Below are positions 1 through 7,453 of a DNA stretch of 21,972 bases, in pieces. Position 1 is the first letter of the stretch; each line of letters starts with the position of its first letter. The position numbers and the translations under genes are program-made. Below the pieces are notes generated by a model. It ran no database searches and was not told the DNA's origin. It saw only the letters and a list, made by a program, of their open reading frames with translations. The stretch is from Piedraia hortae CBS 480.64 (taxonomy: Eukaryota), in the NCBI GenBank assembly GCA_010093745.1, contig MU005968.1, forward strand, positions 310,001 to 331,972, read 5' to 3'.

Positions 1-1037
1 GGCGTTCATGTGAGTTCTAGGTGTTGGAACATGTACTTGGCTGACGGTTCCAGGCTGATTGTGATTCCTCTTTCGTTTCTGCGGAGGCTAGACAGTCTGA
101 AGTACACCTCGCTCGTGGCGCTGGTGTCGATTGCGTATCTGGTCGTGCTGGTGGTCTACCACTTTGCGGCTGGTGACACGCTGGATAGACGGGGAGAGGT
201 CAACTGGATGCATTGGCAGGGCCCGGTGTCGTCCCTGGCGAGTTTTCCGATCATCGTTTTTGCCTATACTTGTCATCAGAACGTGGGTGTTTCCTTGGGA
301 CGATGATGGCTGTGCTGACGTGGCAGATGTTCTCGGTGTTGAATGAGATTGCAGACGATTCGCCGAGGAACACTGCTTCGGTTGTGGTTACCTCCGTGGG
401 CAGCGCTGCTGCTATCTACGTTCTGGTCGCCATTACCGGGTATCTATCCTTTGGGTCAGCAGTGGCGGGCAATATTGTCTCGCAATACATCCCTTCTACG
501 GCATCCACCATCGGTCGTGCGGCTATCGTGGTGTTGGTCGTCTTCAGCTATCCACTGCAGGTCCATCCGTGCAGAGCATCCGTCGATGCTGTCCTACGCT
601 GGAGGCCCAGGAAGAGGACCTCAGCGGCCAACAACGACTCCAATCAGCGGGAGGAAATGTCCGAGGTGCGGTTTGCCATCCTCACCACCGCCATCATTGT
701 CCTCTCCTACGCATGTGCCGTGACCATCAACAGTCTGGACAAAGTCTTGGCCTACGTTGGAAGCACCGGCTCTACATGCATATCGTTCATCCTTCCGGGC
801 CTATTTTACTACAAAATCAGCAGCCCCGACTCTCCGCACCACCAAAGACTGCTCAAGGACGAGGACGAAGAGTACGAGTCTCCCACCCGGCGCGACATCA
901 CAACCCCTTGGGTGACCAAAAGCCGAGAACGGAATCAGAGGATGCTACGCGACGCCGCCCTGGCGCTGGCCGTCTACGGCGTGGTGGTCATGGTGGTCTG
1001 TCTTGTCATGAATACATTTTTCATAGTGTCTTCATAG
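1..1037 (+). CDS. Vacuolar amino-acid transporter, AAAP/Aa_trans family (AVT5/AVT6/AVT7-like), 5'-truncated by the window edge. Exons <1..9, 54..282, 327..1037.
   Basis: Intron 10..53 (GTGAGT...CTGAC...CAG, 44 nt) and intron 283..326 (GTGGGT...CTGAC...CAG, 44 nt) join the ORFs 10..306 and 213..1037 into one frame: AFMLIVIPLSFLRRLDSLKYTS...FPIIVFAYTCHQN|MFSVLNEI...GYLSFG...FSYPLQVHPCRAS...VLAYVGSTGSTCISFILPGLFY. These are characteristic AVT-type motifs with multiple hydrophobic helices. Stop TAG 1035-1037. Confidence 0.92.
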
Positions 1038-1130
1038 GGACGTCACCGTTGGATAGTTTCGCTCACCGCATTAGGAAATCGTCACGATCGTCTTCGTCAC
1101 AGCCGCATGCGCCTTGCCATGACGTCACCG
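1038..1130. promoter_or_regulatory. Cluster of ATF/CREB-like (TGACG/CGTCA) sites in the 139-bp spacer upstream of the glucosyltransferase
   Basis: Perfect TGACGTCA at 1120-1127, GGACGTCA at 1038-1045, and CGTCAC at 1080-1085 and 1095-1100. GACGTCACCG occurs twice (1039-1048, 1121-1130). Function is inferred only from the match to the bZIP CRE consensus. Confidence 0.35.
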
Positions 1131-1176
1131 CCTCGCCCCGTACCATCACCAGGCTGGGCAATGCGCCCTCGCCATC

Positions 1177-4100
1177 ATGCCCAATCCCCCAGACCTCGCG
1201 GCCCAAGCGGCGGCGGAATCGATCTTCGAACAAGCCGGCGCAGCCCTAAGCGGCGACCGTGACGGCCACACCTTGGCCGGCCAGAACGCCCCTCTCGACC
1301 CACCCGCCGACAACAACCATGTAATCCCTCCCCCCGCCTACGGCGAACACTACGGCCAAGTCAAAGACGACGAGAGCGGGCTTGGGACAGACGCCCGCGT
1401 CGGCACCGACGGGCGCGTCAACATCCGGATCAGCCAGAAGGACCACAAGCTCGCCAATCTCCTCCATCCCGTGTTGAAGAGACATCGGGATGCGGAGGAG
1501 AGGAAAGAGCCCCCACCGGGGTACATCCCCGGCGACGAGGGCGTGCCGCCTATGAATGTCGTCGTCCACGTGGTTGGCTCGCAGGGGGATGTGCAGCCGT
1601 TTGTTGCGCTGGGGAAGGCGCTGAAGGAGAGATTTGACCACCGGGTGCGGTTGGCAACGCATCCTGTTTTCCAGGATTTCGTAACGAAAAACGGGCTGGA
1701 GTTTTTCAGCATAGGCGCCGATCCGGCGGAGTTGATGGCGTTCATGGTTAAGAATCCGGGTTTGATGCCGGGTTTCGATACGCTTAGACGTGGGGAGGTG
1801 GGGAAACGAAGGAGGGAGGTGGCCGAGTACATCAAAGGATGCTGGAGATCGTGTTACGAGGCCGGTAACGGACTCGGAGCGGAGGCTAACGATAAAACCG
1901 TCGAAGATTGGAGCAGTCATAGGCCGTTTGTTGCCGACTGCATCGTGGCCAATCCGCCGTCCTTTGCGCATATCCACTGTGCAGAGAAACTGGGAATCCC
2001 GCTGCACATCATGTTCACCATGCCCTACTCACCTACTCAAGAATTCCCCCATCCGTTGGCGAACATCCAATCCTCCAACGCCGACCCCCACCTAACCAAT
2101 TACATCTCCTACGGCCTCGTCGACATGCTCACCTGGCAAGGTCTAGGCGACGTGGTCAACACCTTCCGCACGCGCACCCTCGGCTTGGAACCCTTGAGCC
2201 TAATGTGGGCACCCGGTATCCTCCAGAAACTCCGAATCCCCCATACCTATTGCTGGTCACCCTCTCTGATCCCCAAACCAAAAGACTGGGGACCCCAAAT
2301 CTCCGTGTCAGGTTTCTTCTTCCTCAAAACACCAAGTGCATACACCCCCTCCCCCTCCCTCCAACGTTTCCTCTCCTCCGGCCCCCCGCCCATCTACATC
2401 GGCTTCGGCTCCATCGTCATCTCCGACCCCAACGCCATGACGCAGCTCATCCTCGCCGCCGTCCACCTCACCGGCCAGCGGGCGCTAATATCCCAGGGCT
2501 GGGGCGGTCTTGGCGCAGCGGATCCCCTCCCCGATAACATCTTCATGCTCGACAGCGTCCCTCACGACTGGCTCTTCCAGCACGTCTCGTGTGTAATCCA
2601 CCACGGCGGAGCAGGCACCACCGCCGCCGGCATCGCAGCGGGGAAGCCGACCGTCATAGTCCCCTTCTTTGGCGATCAGATGTTCTGGGGTTCGATGGTC
2701 TCCAAGGCAGGGGCGGGTCCGCCTCCCATCCCGCATAAATCCCTCACCGCCACGAACCTCGCGGACGCGATAAAAACGTGTCTCCACCCTGACAGCGTCG
2801 CGAAAGCGCGAGAGCTGTCGCGACGGATCAGCTGTGAGGACGGAACGCGCACTGCGGCGGAGACGTTTCACCGTATGCTCGACCTCGACTCGCTACGCTG
2901 CAGTGTCTTCCCGGCCAAGCCCGCCGTGTGGAGGGTTAAGAGGACGCAGGTCCGCCTGAGCGCGTTCGCGGCGTGTACGCTCGCCAAAGCGGGACTGCTA
3001 GATTTTTCGGAATTGAAGCTGTTTAGAGCAAGGGAGTACGAAGTTGATCAGGGACCCTACGGGCCGATTATTGGTGGTGCGACTGCCATTTTGGGAACGA
3101 TGGGCGCAATGGCGATGGGGCTGGCGGACATGCCTGTTGAGACGCTTAAAGCGCTTAAAATTCACCCCGAGGGGGGGCGGAAGAGGCAGGCTTCCTCCCC
3201 GGGCGGTACGGGCAATGACGACCCCGGGAGCGGGGACAAAAAGAAGGCCTCCCCCGGGGGTACGGGGAAGAACAACGACCCTCTCGGTGGGAAACATGAA
3301 CGCCGTCCCACTTCTCCGGGGCGAAAGTCTTTCAACGTCCACGAGAGTCTCGCAAAGATCCGAGGTCGTTCTCCTAGACACGGCAGAGCCCAAAGTGCTG
3401 ATCCAGGAGGGCGAAGCGTCCCTGCAGGTGGGAATGCGGTTGATACGGCCCTGCACACCGCATCCGGCATCCAAAAAATCCTCTCCGCCGGCCTCTCCAG
3501 CCCACTAGATTTCACCCTCTCCCTCACCAAGGGATTCCACAACATGCCCAAACTCTACGGCGATGAAACCGTCCGGACACCTGACAAGGTCGTCGACTTC
3601 AAGTCCGGGATCAAAACGGCCGGGAAGGAATTCGGCCTCAACATGTACGATGGCATTTCGGGGCTGGTTACGCAGCCTGCGCGGGGCTTTGCCAAGGAGG
3701 GAGCCGCAGGTCTACTCAAAGGCTTTGGACGGGGGGTGGGGGGCGTTATCCTAAAACCGGGGGCGGCGGTTTTTGGGATCCCGGCGTATACGATGCAAGG
3801 GGTTGCAAGGGAGGTTGGAAGGCTTTTTGGCGTAGGGGTTGAGGGGTATGTCATCGCGGCGAGGGTGGAGGAGGGATATAGAGAGTGGAGTGCTGCGACG
3901 GAGGGGGAAAAAGCCGAGGTGGTTAGGCAGTGGAATTTGCTGAAAGAGCATTTGAAAAAGAAGAAGAATCCCGATGAGGTTTTGATGGGGCTGTTGAGAG
4001 AGAGGAGGAGGAAGAGGAGGGAGCATTTTGCGAGATGGAGGGGGAGGTGTGGAGATAGAGAATGTGGGTTTTGCGGGAGGAATGCGGAGGGGGAGATGAC

Positions 4101-4449
4101 CGAGGAGTTGGTCAGGGGGGCAAATGGGCAAGAAGTGGAGGAGGAGGAGATGACTTTGGAGAGGCTTGAAGAGAGGGATCTTGCAACTGCAATTCAAAAT
4201 TCATTGGATGTGCAGGAGAGAGAGGCCAGTGGAGCGAGGCGAGACGATGAGGATCTCGAGGCTGCGATCCGGGAGTCGCTGAGGGAGAGAGATGCGGGTG
4301 TTTCGCTCCAGGGCACGAGACGGGAGGATTTCGAGCGGCAGCATAGGAATGGTGAAAAGAGTCAGCAGGAACTTGAAGAGGAAAGGGTCGTGTTGGAGTA
4401 TGTGAAGAAACAGAGTCTCCTCGAGAAGGAGTATAGAGAGAAAATGTGA
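1177..4449 (+). CDS. GT1-family sterol 3-beta-glucosyltransferase-like protein (UGT80/Ugt51-related catalytic domain, no PH-GRAM), with an ATG_C/VPS13-C-like segment and C-terminal UIMs; 1090 aa, single exon
   Basis: N-terminal GT motif MNVVVHVVGSQGDVQPFVALG...HRVRLATH, then IVANPPSFAHIHCAEKLGIPLHIMFTMPYSPT, PPIYIGFGSIV and the UDP-sugar signature VPHDWLF...HHGGAGTTAAG...PTVIVPFFGDQMFWG. Intact ORF with a good ATG context (GCCATCATG). Not labelled ATG26 because no PH/GRAM region is visible. Confidence 0.9.
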   Translation: MPNPPDLAAQAAAESIFEQAGAALSGDRDGHTLAGQNAPLDPPADNNHVIPPPAYGEHYGQVKDDESGLGTDARVGTDGRVNIRISQKDHKLANLLHPVLKRHRDAEERKEPPPGYIPGDEGVPPMNVVVHVVGSQGDVQPFVALGKALKERFDHRVRLATHPVFQDFVTKNGLEFFSIGADPAELMAFMVKNPGLMPGFDTLRRGEVGKRRREVAEYIKGCWRSCYEAGNGLGAEANDKTVEDWSSHRPFVADCIVANPPSFAHIHCAEKLGIPLHIMFTMPYSPTQEFPHPLANIQSSNADPHLTNYISYGLVDMLTWQGLGDVVNTFRTRTLGLEPLSLMWAPGILQKLRIPHTYCWSPSLIPKPKDWGPQISVSGFFFLKTPSAYTPSPSLQRFLSSGPPPIYIGFGSIVISDPNAMTQLILAAVHLTGQRALISQGWGGLGAADPLPDNIFMLDSVPHDWLFQHVSCVIHHGGAGTTAAGIAAGKPTVIVPFFGDQMFWGSMVSKAGAGPPPIPHKSLTATNLADAIKTCLHPDSVAKARELSRRISCEDGTRTAAETFHRMLDLDSLRCSVFPAKPAVWRVKRTQVRLSAFAACTLAKAGLLDFSELKLFRAREYEVDQGPYGPIIGGATAILGTMGAMAMGLADMPVETLKALKIHPEGGRKRQASSPGGTGNDDPGSGDKKKASPGGTGKNNDPLGGKHERRPTSPGRKSFNVHESLAKIRGRSPRHGRAQSADPGGRSVPAGGNAVDTALHTASGIQKILSAGLSSPLDFTLSLTKGFHNMPKLYGDETVRTPDKVVDFKSGIKTAGKEFGLNMYDGISGLVTQPARGFAKEGAAGLLKGFGRGVGGVILKPGAAVFGIPAYTMQGVAREVGRLFGVGVEGYVIAARVEEGYREWSAATEGEKAEVVRQWNLLKEHLKKKKNPDEVLMGLLRERRRKRREHFARWRGRCGDRECGFCGRNAEGEMTEELVRGANGQEVEEEEMTLERLEERDLATAIQNSLDVQEREASGARRDDEDLEAAIRESLRERDAGVSLQGTRREDFERQHRNGEKSQQELEEERVVLEYVKKQSLLEKEYREKM
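3181..3327 (+). repeat. Degenerate ~60-bp internal tandem duplication in the glucosyltransferase linker
   Basis: KRQASSPGGTGNDDPGSGDK / KKASPGGTGKNNDPLGGKHE / RRPTSPGRK. At DNA level, tccccgggcggtacgggcaatgacgacccc versus tcccccgggggtacggggaagaacaacgaccct. Confidence 0.7.
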
Positions 4450-4928
4450 CGCCCTATGACTTTAATGAATACGATGATGTGGATATGAGGGGGTGATGCC
4501 GTCTCCTAATGCTGTGGAATTAATGTTACGATATAACCTTTATTTTCTTCCTGCTTCGTTGAATCTTTCTGCACTGGGATGGCTGGTGGCGGAAATGCTA
4601 TTCCTGCTCCGGGACGAAAGCTTTCTCAGCCAGCTAATTAACTTTACTATTGACCTAAATTTTGCCCGACAGGTTGTGATGTGCGAGACTCGAGGGTTGT
4701 CCCATTGCATTTTTGCAAGGGCGCAAGTTTCTCACGCCACCATGCACGGGGCCGTCCCTCCAGAGACACCACCGCCCTGGGTTAGCGGAGTGAACATATC
4801 TCATCCCTTCGGAGAGAAAAGTTCCAAACCTTCATGCCAGTTCGCAGCCGACTCCTTAATGGTAGGGCGGAGATCACTAGGCAACTAAAAACTACTTACT
4901 TCATCGACGCCTAGGCGAACGTCCACGA

Positions 4929-5073
4929 TGTGACGTCGAGAACGCGAGCTAGTGGCAGTGTTTAGAGGTTGAAGAGAGATAGGAAGAAAGGAAGAAAGGG
5001 GGCCGATGGGACGTGTGAGGAGAACGAACGGCCTGTCGTGCGGGATGTTCGTGTTTCAAAGCCCTCCACTCTT
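4929..5073 (-). mobile_element. Candidate polypurine tract plus 3' LTR of the copia remnant
   Basis: On the minus strand AAGAGTGGAGGGC (5073-5061) is directly followed by TTTGA... (5060) and the segment ends ...GTCACA (4929). This would be a TGTGA..TCACA terminal inverted repeat with one mismatch, enclosing a CT-rich tract. It lies downstream of the pol motifs, as a 3' LTR should. No matching 5' LTR or target-site duplication was found. Confidence 0.35.
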
Positions 5074-6050
5074 GAGTTTAGCGAGCAGATGCGAGGCTCG
5101 GCTGCACACCAAATCTTGGCTTAGGCGCAGTTGAGATGATCATAGGTCGTTTTCAGCATCGCTTCTGTAGTTCGCCAAGCGTCAAGCCCAAGGAATGTGG
5201 AGGGCCCTTCACAGAACATACACCTGGGAGAGATTTGCATGGCTGATCAAGGAAGTTGGAAGAGTCGGCTGCTTGCGGTTGCCCGAGTGTGAATTCGTCC
5301 ATGTATCGCCGTAACTCCTCAGTAATCTTAAATCGCAAAGGCAAAGCGGTACGAATACGTGTGCGTGGAAGGGGTATCTACGCCCATTTTGTGCTGGTGG
5401 ATACGAGAGAAAGTCGACGACAAGGGCTCTGACGGCATGAGTCAGAGTCTCCGATCCAGGATGCCCCAAACAGGAATGCCACAGGGAGGTCTGGGACACG
5501 CCTGGATCGCCATGATTTCACCACTTAGACTACTGGGACTGGAAGGCAAAGTTTTGGCGTTATCCAACGCTGCATTTAGGGGGGTGGCTGGCGTCGTGGA
5601 TGAAATGAAGTACACCATTCCCCGCCCGGCTCATAGAGCAGATGGTGAATAAACCAATTTCATTCTTGTGTGCAAGTGATACAACTTTGGGATGCATCTT
5701 GGGAGTAAGCTCGACATTAGAAAACTCATACGGAACTTGCTCGCCTGTGCTGAGGGTATCTGAAGAGAGCTTTCCCGATGCCTAGCGCCAAGGATCGGCC
5801 ATCGCTCGTCCATTTTTCACGGGGCGTCTCATAGGCCTGAAACTCAGAATTGATGTCTTTACAAGCATTACAGTCCAAATTCCACGACTTTGTCAGGTCC
5901 TTAAATCGACATCTTGGGAAGGGATTGACGCCGAATCTTCCGTTGTGATTTCTCGAATGTGTGGCAGATGTCTGAGAGTAATTCGGCAACGAAGAGAGGG
6001 CGAGCCCTCCTGATTGCATGTGTTTTCTTGCGTATCAGGATGTGTGATTC
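5074..6050 (-). mobile_element. Degenerate Ty1/copia retrotransposon pol remnant (protease, GAG-pre-integrase, possible RT traces)
   Basis: Motifs occur in copia order across shifted minus frames: KSWNLDCNACKDINSEFQAYE...SDGRSLALGIGKALF (~5890-5762; consensus W.lDSgA..H...F..y...dG...a.G.G); GEQVPYEFSNVELTPK (~5746-5698; l.nV..vP); KVVSLAHKNEIGLFTI (~5688-5641; GLY.l); LWHSCLGHPG (5484-5455; LWH.RLGH). Weak RT-like EELRRYM..QPQ and QVYVL*RAL follow. Multiple frameshifts and large deletions; boundaries approximate. Confidence 0.7.
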
Positions 6051-7190
6051 ATTCGTAAGATCGCGGGACTTCCGTTGCTGTTTTGCATTTCCGCCGTTTT
6101 CCTGGGTGTAGGAATTCGAGGGATGGCGGATACCGTTACTGGGTAGTTCTGGGCTGAGAGTTGCCAGACAGTCCACACATCGTTGTTCTTTGGTACAGGT
6201 GCCTTTGTGAACCGAAGCTGCGCATTTGACTACAGAGCAGCATGTTCGAGTGGGGTGGAAATCGAAACATACCTCGCACTGCATTACTTGCGCTGTCGAA
6301 TACAGTGAAGGTCTCTGCGGTGATTGCTACGTGATGGAGGTGGAAGACCTTCTCACAACGATACCAGTGGCTACGGACAGATGCATAGCAGGTTTTCGCT
6401 CTCACGACTTCTTCGACATCATTTGATGTGCGGAACAAGATGGAGCTGACATTCCAAATGCGATGGCGAATTTGTTTCACCAACTCAATTTTCTTCGGGT
6501 TCTACCATGGCGAAAATTTCTGTTTTGATTTTGCTACCTTGTGAAAAAGCTTTGCTTGCGTGGGTCGCGCAGGCATGGCAAAGGCAAAATCAACCTTGTT
6601 GACCTCTTTGACAGCTTTGCCGATAGCGGAGGTCTAACTTCGTCGGCTTGGATGCAATGGCTGTGGTGTCTTCATGACAGAATGGAACCTTCTGGTTAGT
6701 CCGCCGGGAAACGCGCATCATCGCAGTCCGTGCGTTGGTTTTCCCACATTTGGGCGGGATAAATGACTGGCGTGGGTGAGTGCTTCATAGCCGCTTCCTG
6801 AGAGTGTGGACAGTTGGAAATGGGGCTTGTTCACCTACATTCTTGCTTGTACTGGATGAGACTGGGAGCGCAGATAGAGCGTCATTCACGAGGCCGGTCT
6901 TGCTGGTCACGACCTCAGTCAGTATTCGATGGACAACAGAGATCAGCGCAGAAACCCTCCCGCTTGCGACAATATGAAGTGCATTGTGCACCCTGATGAC
7001 TAAAAGCGTGTGCGCGTTGGCCCTTTCCATCTAGAAGGTCAGGGCAGCCTGGATGTTGGTGGGCAGTGGCCCAACATCAGCATCTTCAGTGGCCACGAGG
7101 CTCATAGACTGAGGGATTGGATTGACGGCTTGGACTGTGCTGGGTCTCTCAGCGAGAACGCTGATGGTGGTCGCGTTTCACTTCTTTTCT
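6050..7190 (-). mobile_element. Degenerate non-LTR (LINE, Tad1-like) ORF1/Gag-like remnant with triple zinc knuckle
   Basis: Minus strand 6284-6110 reads QCEVCFDFHPTRTC...KCAASVHKGTC...RCVDC...HPSNS, three consecutive Cys/His knuckles typical of fungal LINE ORF1. Upstream fragments LPTNIQAALTF*MERAN (~7065), IGKAVKEVNKVDFAFA (~6620) and VEEVVRAKTCYASVRSHW...FTVFDS (~6420-6295) resemble the ORF1/EKA-like layout. The ORF track lists 5901..6284 as '+', but that protein is read from the minus strand. No ORF2 (APE/RT) seen. Confidence 0.6.
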
Positions 7191-7453
7191 GCATAATTAT
7201 CGGTTGACGTTGCGTCCACTGAATGCGGAGTATGACAGCTGTCAGTATGATGACTCCCACTCTTATCAGATGATGCCCTACTCTTTACCAGCTTCTCGGG
7301 TCTAGGTCTAGACCCACAAGCTGATCGTCGTCGCACCTCCCCAAAATTTCAACCTCAACAACAACATTACCTTGAAAGGACACAACTCAAACGTATACAA
7401 CATTAGCTAGCTCCACATTCGCACGGACGTCCACTACTCGTAAAACTCATAAA

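Noticed and set aside
569..2007. Long alternative-frame and antisense ORFs (569..1249 +, 1246..2007 -, 1350..1835 -)
   Set aside because: Shadow ORFs over GC-rich real genes, with no recognisable motifs.
1177..4449. Calling the glucosyltransferase ATG26/UGT51
   Set aside because: The catalytic domain starts ~125 aa from the N-terminus, leaving no room for the PH-GRAM region that defines Atg26; the C-terminal extension is also different.
4493..4888. 131-aa ORF downstream of the glucosyltransferase
   Set aside because: No motifs; it overlaps the expected 3' UTR and transposon flank.
5901..6284. ORF track lists this ORF as + strand
   Set aside because: The listed protein (MQCEVC...KMSI) is the reverse-complement translation: CAT at 6282-6284 and TTA at 5901-5903. 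Treated as minus strand and as part of a transposon relic, not a gene.
6860..6900. KTGLVNDALSALP as a gypsy RNase H 'N..ADALSR' motif
   Set aside because: No other gypsy motifs nearby; the flanking frames fit a LINE ORF1 better.
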